In this document: in pieces, positions 53,733 to 62,420 of the stretch
Numbering within the stretch: the first letter of the stretch is position 1
Layout of the letters: each line of letters opens with the position of its first letter
Assembly (NCBI GenBank): GCA_020849895.1
Contig: JADZFN010000034.1
Coordinates: 7,942-71,941 of the forward strand
Reading direction: 5' to 3'
Length of the DNA: 64,000 nucleotides
From: Verrucomicrobiia bacterium
GTDB lineage: Bacteria > Verrucomicrobiota > Verrucomicrobiia > JABWAM01
Made by a program: the position numbers and the translations under genes
The notes under the pieces: model-generated
Database searches by the model: none
The model's input: the letters and a program-made list of their open reading frames with translations, nothing else
What the model was told of the DNA's origin: nothing

Positions 53733-56621
53733 GTGCATTCTCCTTCGCTTCCGGACAATTCCCCGGTGAAACCGGGGGTGGTCTCGTCGGCCTTCCTACT
53801 TCTTGGAGGCGCATTTTTTCTCCTGTTCTGCGCGGAACTCCTCATGGTGCCCGAGTGGTTCGTGACGGGAGCGCGCGACGCCGGCATGGCAGCAGTGCTT
53901 CATGCGGCGGTGCTGGGCTGGCTGCTGTCTGTGGGGTTTGGCGTCGTCTATCTCCTGCTCTCCGCGCTCCGCGCGACTCGACGGGGCGAAGGCCTTGCGG
54001 GACGGGTTCATTTCCTTTGCCATCTGACGGCCTTGGGCCTCTTGCTCCCCGCGTTCGCCCGATGGGACCTTGCGCTGGTGGCGCACGCAGGCACCCTGAT
54101 GCTGGTCGGGTTCCTCATCTTTGGAACGCTTTGCACGGGCAGTCTGGAAAAGGGGAGGCGCCTGCCGATGGTTCAGGTCACCATCGTCAGCAGCCTGACT
54201 TGGCTTTTCTTGACGCTGATTCTTGGGATTCTGGCGGCCGCTAATTATTATTGGACGTTTCTGCCGATGGGCACTTTGCGGGCGGTTCACGCCGGCATGC
54301 ACGCGGGGTTCGGCGGTTATGTGGTCCTCCTGCTCGTAGGGCTTTCGTATCCGCTGTTTCAGGCGGAGGCGCGCGGGAGCATGGAGCGGAGGCTCTGGGT
54401 GTTCCTCCTTTGCAACAGCGGCCTTTATCTCTCGGTGCTGGGGATCGCCTTCAGTTTGCCGGTGCTGCTTCCCGCGGTATTGCTCATCCTGGCGGGCCTC
54501 GTCCTTTACCTCATGGAGGCGATGGTCGGATTGCAGCTGCGCCATGGGCCGGCGGACGCCTGGGTTTGGGGGCTGCTGGCGGGTTTTCTTTCCATCCTGT
54601 TGCTCATGGGGCTGGGCCTCGCACTCGGCTTGAGCTCCAGCCAGACGCCTGTCGCGCTCGGGCGGCTGGAAAATCTATATGGCTTCTTGTGGATCACGAT
54701 CGCCACGGGTCTTCCGCTCTGGGCCGTGGCGGGCCGCATGTTGCAGCCCCGCGCGGGAAACCGGCGGCGGACCCGGATCACCCTGTTCTTCTACGTGACC
54801 GCCGCCCTCGTGGGTGGCTGGGGAATTTTTATCGGAAGCCCGCGCGGAGTGCGCGTCGGCGGACTGCTCCTCCTCCTGGGCGGCGGGGATCTACTCCTCA
54901 CGCTGCTGCCGGGATTGTGGACGGCGCTTTCGGGCCGCGTATCGCGCACGGAAGACGACCGCAAGGCCGCCGTCGAAACGGCGAACGAACGACTCGGACC
55001 GCCGATCGTGGTCTGGGCGATCCTGGTGGCGGTCGTTGCATGGATCCTCGCGGGGCTGCTGCCGCATTCGGGCGCGCACCGTCCGCGCGTGATCAGTGTC
55101 GAGAAGAGCGTCTCGATGAACGGAGACGGCCCGGCCTGCCCGGTGCGGCGTTGGATCGGCCTCAAGAACGATTCACTGGCCCGCGGAAAGAATCTTTACG
55201 GCCAGCATTGTGCAACCTGCCACGGAACGACCGGCGCGGGCGACGGCAGCGCGGCGATTTATCTTTATCCAAAACCGCGCAACTTCACCGCCGGCCAGTT
55301 CAAGCTCCGTTCGACCGCCTCGGGCATGCCGACCGACGAGGACCTTTACCGGGTGATGAGCGCCGGGATGTCAGGCAGCTCGATGCCGTCCTTCGCGCAC
55401 CTGTCCGAGCAATCCCGCCGCGATCTGGTGGAGTATGTCAAGCGCCTCAGCCAGGCGGAGGAGAATGGACGGATGGTGAATTGGTTCAAGGAAACTCCGC
55501 CGGGCTCCTCGCTGCCCACGCCACGCAAGCCGGAGTTCACGCCCGAGCTCGCGGCCGCCGGCAAGCGGGTCTATCAATCCCAGGATTGCAAACGCTGTCA
55601 CGGCCCGGAAGGACGCGGCGACGGGCCGGAAGCGGCGACGTTGAAAGATTCCTGGGGCGGCCGCCTGCGCCCGCGCAGTCTGGTCCAGGATCCTTTCCTT
55701 GGCGGTGACGCCGCAGAATCCATTTTCCTGAGAACGGCGACGGGAATCGGCGGCACGCCGATGACGGCCTATCCCGACACACAGATCAAGCCGGAGGACC
55801 GTTGGGCGTTGGTCGCCTACATCCGCTCCCTTCGTCAGCAAGCCGGCACGCTGGACGAAGGGGCCCCCAGCGCCTCACCCGTCGCTGAGCCGGTCGCCCG
55901 CCATCTGAAGGGCGCGCTGCCTTCTTCCCCCTCCGATCCGTCATGGGACGCGCTGCCCGTCGCGCTCGTAGCCGTCAATCCGGTGTGGCGCACGACGCAG
56001 CCGACGCGCCACGCCGCCCTCCGCGCCGCGCATGACGGCAAAGATCTCGCGCTGCTGCTCGAATGGTCGAATCCTGAACCGGTGCTCGGCGGTGGGCGCG
56101 TCCAGGATTACACGGATCGCGCGGCGCTCCAGTTCAGCCTCCACGCGAGCCCTGGATTCCTGGGCATGGGCGATCCATTTCGCCCGGTGAACCTGTGGCA
56201 GTGGAGCTGTCGTCGCCGCGCAACCAGCCAGGGACCCCAGGCGCTCATGATGGACATCTATCCGGAGAAGAAAGCGGACCTCTATCCCGACGGACGCAAG
56301 CTTGTCTATTCGGCTGAAATGGCGGGGAATCTCGTCGCGGAGGAAGGGGTGGACGCCATCGAAGACGCCAACGCCCAAGGCCCGGGGACGCTCGCGCTGC
56401 AATCCGCGGCTGATCAGAATGTCATCGGCGCGAGCGCATGGTCGGAAGGCAAATGGCGGGTGCTTTTCCGGCGGAGCCTGGTCCCGAAGGGGCGCGCCGA
56501 CGTGGACCTCGCCCCGGGACATCGCGTTCCGGTGGCGATCGCGATTTGGGACGGACGCACCCGCGATCGCAACGGACAAAAAAACGTCTCCGCCTGGCAT
56601 TTCCTCACCCTTGAACCCTGA
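53733..56621 (+). CDS. fusion protein: polytopic membrane domain + two c-type cytochrome domains + EB_dh (type II DMSO-reductase gamma-subunit-like heme-b) domain
   Basis: GTG start. Residues 1-~440 contain about 13 hydrophobic helices with several intramembrane His (LHAAVLGW, HFLCHL, VAHAG, AVHAGMHAGFGG). CATCH lies at aa 493 (nt 55209) and CKRCH at aa 619 (nt 55587), with downstream Met candidates (SSMPSF, GTPMTAY). The C-terminal ~240 aa (AALQFSL...VNLWQWS...WSEGKWRVLFRRSL...VAIAIWDG...) resemble the ethylbenzene-dehydrogenase gamma/cytochrome c-552-DMSO-reductase-like heme-binding domain. Confidence 0.8.
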   Translation: MHSPSLPDNSPVKPGVVSSAFLLLGGAFFLLFCAELLMVPEWFVTGARDAGMAAVLHAAVLGWLLSVGFGVVYLLLSALRATRRGEGLAGRVHFLCHLTALGLLLPAFARWDLALVAHAGTLMLVGFLIFGTLCTGSLEKGRRLPMVQVTIVSSLTWLFLTLILGILAAANYYWTFLPMGTLRAVHAGMHAGFGGYVVLLLVGLSYPLFQAEARGSMERRLWVFLLCNSGLYLSVLGIAFSLPVLLPAVLLILAGLVLYLMEAMVGLQLRHGPADAWVWGLLAGFLSILLLMGLGLALGLSSSQTPVALGRLENLYGFLWITIATGLPLWAVAGRMLQPRAGNRRRTRITLFFYVTAALVGGWGIFIGSPRGVRVGGLLLLLGGGDLLLTLLPGLWTALSGRVSRTEDDRKAAVETANERLGPPIVVWAILVAVVAWILAGLLPHSGAHRPRVISVEKSVSMNGDGPACPVRRWIGLKNDSLARGKNLYGQHCATCHGTTGAGDGSAAIYLYPKPRNFTAGQFKLRSTASGMPTDEDLYRVMSAGMSGSSMPSFAHLSEQSRRDLVEYVKRLSQAEENGRMVNWFKETPPGSSLPTPRKPEFTPELAAAGKRVYQSQDCKRCHGPEGRGDGPEAATLKDSWGGRLRPRSLVQDPFLGGDAAESIFLRTATGIGGTPMTAYPDTQIKPEDRWALVAYIRSLRQQAGTLDEGAPSASPVAEPVARHLKGALPSSPSDPSWDALPVALVAVNPVWRTTQPTRHAALRAAHDGKDLALLLEWSNPEPVLGGGRVQDYTDRAALQFSLHASPGFLGMGDPFRPVNLWQWSCRRRATSQGPQALMMDIYPEKKADLYPDGRKLVYSAEMAGNLVAEEGVDAIEDANAQGPGTLALQSAADQNVIGASAWSEGKWRVLFRRSLVPKGRADVDLAPGHRVPVAIAIWDGRTRDRNGQKNVSAWHFLTLEP

Positions 56622-56625
56622 CCTT

Positions 56626-59600
56626 ATGAGCGAGCCCGACTTCTCTCCGCAAGGAAACGCCGACCCGACACACGAAGGCGACGCGTCCCATTTCAGCCGA
56701 CGCGCCTTTCTCTGTCTCGCCGGCCTCGCCGGCGCGGGCGCTTTGGCGTCCCAGTATCTTCCGACGCGCTTCCTGCGTCCCTCTCGCGATATCAAGAATC
56801 CCCTCGCCTACTATCCCGAGCGCGGTTGGGAATCGGTCTATCGCAATCAGTATGCGCATGACGGGACCTTCTCCTGGGTGTGCGCGCCGAACGACACCCA
56901 CAACTGCCGCGTGCTCGCCCATACGCGCAACGGGGTCATCGTCCGCATGGGCGACCAATACGACGTCGGGACCTACCGCGATCTTTACGGGAACACGGCC
57001 TCGCAGAATTGGGGCATCCGCCAATGCGCCAAGGGCTATACCTTCCACCGCATCGTCTACGGGCCGTTCCGGCTCAAGCATCCCATCGTCCGTCGAGGAT
57101 GGAAACAGTGGGCGGAGGCGGGGTTCCCCGATCTCACGCCCGAACTTCGGTCGAAGTTCCGCTTCGACGACCGAGGAAACGACGAGTTCGAAAAAGTTGG
57201 TTGGGACGAGGTCAACCGCCTGATCGCAAAGGCGCTCAAGTCCATCGCCACGCGGTACAGCGGCGAAAAAGGCGCGGCGCGCCTGAGGACGGAAGGTTAT
57301 CCCGAGGAGATGATCGCGGACATGGGCGGCGCCGGCACGCGCACGATTAAGACGCGCGGAGGCATGGGACTGCTCGGTGTCCTGGGCAAATACGGAATGT
57401 ATCGCCTCTGCAATTCGCTCGCCCTCCTCGACCAGCACGTGCGCGGAGTTCCGGACGAACAGGCGCGCGCGGGACGCATCTGGTCGAACTACACCTGGCA
57501 CGGCGATCAGGCGCCCGGCCACCCCTGGGTGCACGGCCTCCAGAACAGCGAGTGTGACTTCAACGACCTCCGCTCCTCGAAGCTCATCATCATGAACGGC
57601 AAGAATCTTGTCGAAAACAAGATGGCTGAGGCGCACTGGTTCATCGAGTGCATGGAGCGCGGCGCGAAGATCGTCGTGATCGCCCCCGAATACGGCGCGC
57701 CCTCGACGAAGGCCGATTACTGGATCCCCGTCCGCCCCTCCACCGACGCTGCGCTCTGGCTCGGCGTCGCTCGGATCATGATGGACCGGGGCTGGTACAA
57801 GGAGGATTTCGTCAAGCGCTTCACCGATTTCCCGCTGCTCGTCCGCGCCGACAACCTGCGCCGCCTGCGGGCCCACGAGGTTTTCCCGGGATATCAAGGG
57901 CGGCTCATCAAGGAGGGTGCGAGCTTCACCGTCCAGGGACTGACCGAGGAACAGTATGCCAAGACCGGGGATTTTGTGGTCTGGGACCAAATGAGCGGCG
58001 GACCGAAGCCCATCACTCGCGATGAGGTCGGCGAGAAGATGACGGGATTGGATCCCGCGCTCGACGGCCGCTGGAAAATCCGACTGGCAGACGGTCGCGA
58101 GGTGGAGGTCTTCGCGCTGTGGACCCTCTATCGGGAACACCTCAAGGATTACGATCTCGATACGGTCGCGGAAGTCACCCACGCGCCCAAGGAACTCATC
58201 GAACGATTGGCGCATGATTGCGCCACGATCGAACCGGTCTCGATCCATCAGGGGGAAGGGATCAACCACTGGTTCCACGGTACGGAAGCCAACCGCGCCT
58301 CCTATCTTCCTCTCATGCTGACCGGCAACATCGGGAAACGGGGCGCGGGCAGCCACGGCTGGGCCGGCAACTACAAGGCCGCGCTCTTCCAAGGATCGAA
58401 GGAAACCGGTTACGGATTCAAGGGATGGGTGGCCGAGGACCCGTTCCATCCGCTGCTCGATCCGAAGGCGCCCGGCAAGGAGGTCCATGCGCGCCCCTGC
58501 TTCAAGGATGAGGAGCCCGCCTATTGGAACCACGGAGACGTGCCGCTCATCGTGAACACGCCGAAGGAGGGGCGAAAGTGTTTCACCGGCAAGACGCACA
58601 TGCCGACACCGACCAAGGCGATCTTCTTCTGCAACGTCAACCTCATCAACAATGCGAAGTGGTGCTACGGGATGATCAAGAACGTCAACCCGCGCGTCGA
58701 GTTGATCGTCACGATGGACATCCAGATGACGGCTTCGGCCCAGTTCGCCGACATCGCCCTGCCGGCGAACTCCTGGGTCGAGTTTCAGGACCTCGAAGTC
58801 ACCGCGAGCTGCTCGAACCCCTTCCTGCAGATCTGGAAAGGCGGCATCAAGCCGCTCTATGACTCGCGCGACGACCTCGCCATCCTCGCGGGCATCGCGA
58901 AGGCGTTGGGCGACGAGACCGACGACCGCCGCTTTCACGATTACTTCCGTTACGAGCTCGAGGGCAAGCGTTCAGTCTATCTTCAGCGCCTGCTCGACAC
59001 CTCGACAACCACCGCGGGCTACAAGCTCGAAGACATCATGGCCGGCAAATACGGTCCGCCCGGTGCGGCGCTGATGCTTTTCCGCACCTATCCACGAATT
59101 CCGTTCTACGAACAGATTCACGACAACCTCCCGTTCCACACGGACACGGGGCGGATGCACGCCTACAGCGACGATCCCACCGCGATCAGCTGCGGAGAAA
59201 ACTTCATCGTGCATCGGGAAGGTCCCGAGGCCACACCCTATCTTCCGAACGCGATCCTCTCCAGTAATCCGTATGTGCGTCCCAACGATTATGGGATCCC
59301 TCTCGACGCCCAGGGTTGGGACGAGCGCACCGTGCGCAACGTCAAAATGAACTGGGCGGCCATCAAGAAGAGCAAGAACTTCCTCTGGGAAAAGGGCTAC
59401 CAGTTCTACTGCCTGACTCCGAAGTCGCGTCACCGCGTGCACTCGACATGGTCGAACGTGGACTGGCACCAGATCTGGGATTCCAACTTCGGCGATCCAT
59501 ATCGGCTCGACCGACGGCTCGCCGGCGTGGGCGAGCACCAGCTGCACATCAATCCCGCCGCCGCGCGCGATCTGGGCATCAAGGACGGGGATTACGTCTA

Positions 59601-60111
59601 CGTGGACGCCAACCCCGCCGATCGCCCGTATTACGGGGCGACGCCCGCCGATCCGTTCTACAAGATCAGCCGCTGCATGCTGCGCGTCACCTTCAACCCG
59701 GCCTATCCCTACCACGTCGTGATGATGAAACACGGAACCTACATTGCCACCCCCAAGACCGTGAAGGCGCAGCAGGAGCGCCCCGATGGCATGGCGATGA
59801 GCGACGACGGCTACATGGCCAATTTCCGCTTCGGTTCGCAGCAGTCCATCACGCGCAACTGGCACATGCCGATGCACCAGACGGACACGCTTTTCCACAA
59901 GACGAAGGCCTTCATGGGCTTTCTCTTCGGAGGCGAGGCGGACAACCACGCCCTGAACACCGTCCCGAAGGAATGCCTCGTGCGCATCGTCAAGGCCGAA
60001 GACGGCGGCCCGGGCGGCCGCGGCATGTGGAAACCCGCCACCGAAGGCATGTCTCCGGGCGGCGAGGATGAACGGATGCAACGCTACCTGCGCGGCGATT
60101 ACGCCGCCTGA
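56626..60111 (+). CDS. Tat-exported molybdopterin oxidoreductase, type II DMSO-reductase-family alpha subunit (NarG/NxrA-like)
   Basis: Track ORF 56302.. trimmed to ATG 56626, 4 nt after the upstream stop. Twin-arginine signal SHFSRRAFLCLAGLAGAGALA. FS0 cluster motif C86-x3-D90-x3-C94...C134. WHGD294QAPG aligns with the NarG Asp Mo-ligand region. 1161 aa. Confidence 0.88.
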   Translation: MSEPDFSPQGNADPTHEGDASHFSRRAFLCLAGLAGAGALASQYLPTRFLRPSRDIKNPLAYYPERGWESVYRNQYAHDGTFSWVCAPNDTHNCRVLAHTRNGVIVRMGDQYDVGTYRDLYGNTASQNWGIRQCAKGYTFHRIVYGPFRLKHPIVRRGWKQWAEAGFPDLTPELRSKFRFDDRGNDEFEKVGWDEVNRLIAKALKSIATRYSGEKGAARLRTEGYPEEMIADMGGAGTRTIKTRGGMGLLGVLGKYGMYRLCNSLALLDQHVRGVPDEQARAGRIWSNYTWHGDQAPGHPWVHGLQNSECDFNDLRSSKLIIMNGKNLVENKMAEAHWFIECMERGAKIVVIAPEYGAPSTKADYWIPVRPSTDAALWLGVARIMMDRGWYKEDFVKRFTDFPLLVRADNLRRLRAHEVFPGYQGRLIKEGASFTVQGLTEEQYAKTGDFVVWDQMSGGPKPITRDEVGEKMTGLDPALDGRWKIRLADGREVEVFALWTLYREHLKDYDLDTVAEVTHAPKELIERLAHDCATIEPVSIHQGEGINHWFHGTEANRASYLPLMLTGNIGKRGAGSHGWAGNYKAALFQGSKETGYGFKGWVAEDPFHPLLDPKAPGKEVHARPCFKDEEPAYWNHGDVPLIVNTPKEGRKCFTGKTHMPTPTKAIFFCNVNLINNAKWCYGMIKNVNPRVELIVTMDIQMTASAQFADIALPANSWVEFQDLEVTASCSNPFLQIWKGGIKPLYDSRDDLAILAGIAKALGDETDDRRFHDYFRYELEGKRSVYLQRLLDTSTTTAGYKLEDIMAGKYGPPGAALMLFRTYPRIPFYEQIHDNLPFHTDTGRMHAYSDDPTAISCGENFIVHREGPEATPYLPNAILSSNPYVRPNDYGIPLDAQGWDERTVRNVKMNWAAIKKSKNFLWEKGYQFYCLTPKSRHRVHSTWSNVDWHQIWDSNFGDPYRLDRRLAGVGEHQLHINPAAARDLGIKDGDYVYVDANPADRPYYGATPADPFYKISRCMLRVTFNPAYPYHVVMMKHGTYIATPKTVKAQQERPDGMAMSDDGYMANFRFGSQQSITRNWHMPMHQTDTLFHKTKAFMGFLFGGEADNHALNTVPKECLVRIVKAEDGGPGGRGMWKPATEGMSPGGEDERMQRYLRGDYAA

Positions 60112-60116
60112 ACGCT

Positions 60117-60377
60117 ATGCCAAAGGACGAAACCGACCGTGACGATCCGTTGGAGCTTAACGGCGCGGTCGTGCCGTGCTCCGAAGACAACGACGAGGAA
60201 ATGGCCGTGGCCTTCATCGAGGAGTTCCTCATGCTCGACTATGAGCCGGCGCACCTCCTGGATATCTTTCGGGACCCGAATCACGTCGGGCCCCATCGCG
60301 TTTATGTGAACAAAGGCGAAGCCTGGGTGGCCGGACTGATCGCCAAGACCCTCGAACCCTGGACCCAATCCTCATGA
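60117..60377 (+). CDS. 86-aa acidic hypothetical protein between the alpha and beta subunit genes
   Basis: Starts MPKDETDRDDPLELNGAVVPCSEDNDEEMAVAFIEEFLMLDYEPAHLLDIFRDPNHVGPHRVY... The ATG lies 5 nt after the alpha stop, and its stop overlaps the beta ATG (ATGA). I recognise no family. Confidence 0.6.
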   Translation: MPKDETDRDDPLELNGAVVPCSEDNDEEMAVAFIEEFLMLDYEPAHLLDIFRDPNHVGPHRVYVNKGEAWVAGLIAKTLEPWTQSS

Positions 60378-61645
60378 GCCAAGTGTACAACTGGCATCTC
60401 GGGCGCGACATGGCCTATCCCTACGAGGCCAGTTATCCCGACCTGCAATTCGCCTTCGTCTTCAACACCAATCGCTGCATCGGCTGCCAGTCCTGCACGA
60501 TGGCCTGCAAGTCCACATGGACCTTTTCAGCGGGACAGGAATACATGTGGTGGAACAACGTCGAGACCAAGCCCTACGGCGGCTACCCGCGCCATTGGGA
60601 TGTGAAGCTCCTCGACATGCTCCACCAGGTCAACGGCGGCCCCGGCGAATGGTCTCGCGCGTCCGACACCCGTCGCGCGCCGTGGGGCGAATTCCACGGG
60701 AAAACCATCTTCGAAACCGCGCCCAACGCTCCTACGGAAAACGGCTCCCAGACTGCGCTCGGCTATCTCCCGTCCGATGAGGAATGGAACACACCCAACC
60801 TTTTCGAGGATAACCCGGTCAACGCCCGCGCCACGAAAAAAGGCGAATACTTCAAGAGCGGGACGGAAATGCCTTCGCATGACGCCTGGTTTTTCTATCT
60901 TGCGCGCATCTGCAACCACTGCACCTATCCCGCCTGCCTCGCGGCTTGCCCACGAAAGGCAATCTACAAGCGTCCGGAGGACGGCATCGTCCTCATTGAT
61001 CAGAAGGAATGCCGGGGCTACCGCAAGTGCATGGAAGCGTGTCCTTACAAGAAGACCCACTATCGTGCGACCACACGGACGACCGAGAAGTGCATCGGCT
61101 GCTATCCGCGCATCGAGGGCAAAGACGCCGACGCGAAAGGACGCCCCTTCACCACCCGTTGCATGAGCGCCTGCATCGGTCAGATCCGTCTGCAGAGCTT
61201 CATCAAGCTGAACGGAGACGGCACTTGGGCGGAGGAACGCAACAACCCGATCTACTACCTCGTGCATGTCGCGAAGATCGCTCTTCCGCTCTATCCACAG
61301 TTCGGCACCGAACCCAACGGCTTTTACATCCCGCCCCGCTGGGTGCCGCGTCCCTACCTGCACCAGATGTTCGGTCCCGGCGTGGATGCCGCCATCGAGA
61401 AATACACCGCTCTCGACCGCGAGACCCTCGCCGTCCTCCAGCTCTTCGGGAAGGACAAGCACATCTGCCGCCGCTATGAGATCCGCGAAGGCCCGAAGGT
61501 CTTCGAGAAGGAGATCCGGGGACGGAAAGTGGAGATCTTCAACGACACCATCATCGGCTACGACGCGGATGGACGAGAAATCGTCCGCGCCACCGTCGAG
61601 GAACCGCTCCACGTCCGGAACGCAAAGCATGCCAACTCGATCTGA
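60374..61645 (+). CDS. iron-sulfur beta subunit of type II DMSO-reductase-family enzyme (NarH/NxrB-like)
   Basis: Four ferredoxin-type Cys groups: CIGCQSCTMACK, CNHCTYPACLAACP, CRGYRKCMEACP (a 3Fe-4S-type group with Y where NarH has W) and CIGCYPRIE...RCMSACIGQIR. The N-terminus is MSQVYNWHLGRDMAYPYE...EYMWWNNVETKPYGGYP. 423 aa. Confidence 0.9.
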   Translation: MSQVYNWHLGRDMAYPYEASYPDLQFAFVFNTNRCIGCQSCTMACKSTWTFSAGQEYMWWNNVETKPYGGYPRHWDVKLLDMLHQVNGGPGEWSRASDTRRAPWGEFHGKTIFETAPNAPTENGSQTALGYLPSDEEWNTPNLFEDNPVNARATKKGEYFKSGTEMPSHDAWFFYLARICNHCTYPACLAACPRKAIYKRPEDGIVLIDQKECRGYRKCMEACPYKKTHYRATTRTTEKCIGCYPRIEGKDADAKGRPFTTRCMSACIGQIRLQSFIKLNGDGTWAEERNNPIYYLVHVAKIALPLYPQFGTEPNGFYIPPRWVPRPYLHQMFGPGVDAAIEKYTALDRETLAVLQLFGKDKHICRRYEIREGPKVFEKEIRGRKVEIFNDTIIGYDADGREIVRATVEEPLHVRNAKHANSI

Positions 61646-62420
61646 CTCTCCAGCAGCGGCTTCCTCCGCAGTCGCCGTCGCGGCGGCGCGGGCGTTCGCC
61701 TACCGCTTTCTCTCCGAAACCTTCGCTTATCCCGAAGCGGAGGGCTGGGTTTGGGCGCAGGCGAAGGAGACTGGAGAGACGCTGGCTCGCGCTGCCGCCG
61801 ACGCGTGGCCCGATCACCCTGAAATCCGAAAAGCGGCCGAGGAAGCCGTCCACGCGCTCCGCGAGGTTTCCCTGGAGGCTGCGCGCGCCGACCACCTCCG
61901 CGCCTTCGGCTACACCATCCGCGGCGCCTGCCCTCCGCACGAGATCGAATACGGCGATACGAAGGCGGACGCCCTTTTCCGTCCGCATCGCCTCGCCGAT
62001 CTCGCCTCGCTCTACCGCGTGTTCGGGCTCGAGATGAGAGAGGAAATCCGCGAACGCCTGGATCATCTCGCCATCGAGTGCGAGTTTGCCTCCCTCCTCG
62101 CGGCGCGCACGGCGCACGCCGCGCAGGAAGGCCATGCCGAAGGGCAGGAGTCCTGCGAGAGCGCTTGGAAACTTTTTCTCGGGGAACACCTCGGGCGCTG
62201 GACGCCCTCGTTCGTCTCGCGCCTCGGGCGCGGCGGAACCGCTCCATGGCTCCAGCGCGCCGCGGCGTTTCTCATGGCGGTCGTACGCGTCGAGTGCGCC
62301 GCCCTCGGCCTTCAGCCCGGCTCCGCAGAAATCGAGCTCGTCTCCTACGACGAGGACGACGACGCTTTTTGCGCCGAGAAATGCGGCCTCCCTGTAGGAA
62401 AAACCGACGGTGCGCCGTGA
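61629..62420 (+). CDS. TorD/NarJ/DmsD-family redox-enzyme maturation chaperone (delta subunit-like)
   Basis: Track ORF 61266.. trimmed to ATG 61629, which overlaps the beta end by 17 nt. Contains ARAFAYRFLSETFAYPEAEGW...ADHLRAFGY...PHEIEY...DHLAIECEFASLL...FLGEHLGRW, the pattern of TorD-like chaperones. Confidence 0.75.
   Translation: MPTRSDSPAAASSAVAVAAARAFAYRFLSETFAYPEAEGWVWAQAKETGETLARAAADAWPDHPEIRKAAEEAVHALREVSLEAARADHLRAFGYTIRGACPPHEIEYGDTKADALFRPHRLADLASLYRVFGLEMREEIRERLDHLAIECEFASLLAARTAHAAQEGHAEGQESCESAWKLFLGEHLGRWTPSFVSRLGRGGTAPWLQRAAAFLMAVVRVECAALGLQPGSAEIELVSYDEDDDAFCAEKCGLPVGKTDGAP

Noticed and set aside
56605-60081. 777-aa and 369-aa minus-strand ORFs opposite the molybdopterin alpha subunit gene
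   Set aside because: They are antisense shadows. The plus strand carries the Tat signal, FS0 motif and conserved molybdopterin-enzyme sequence.
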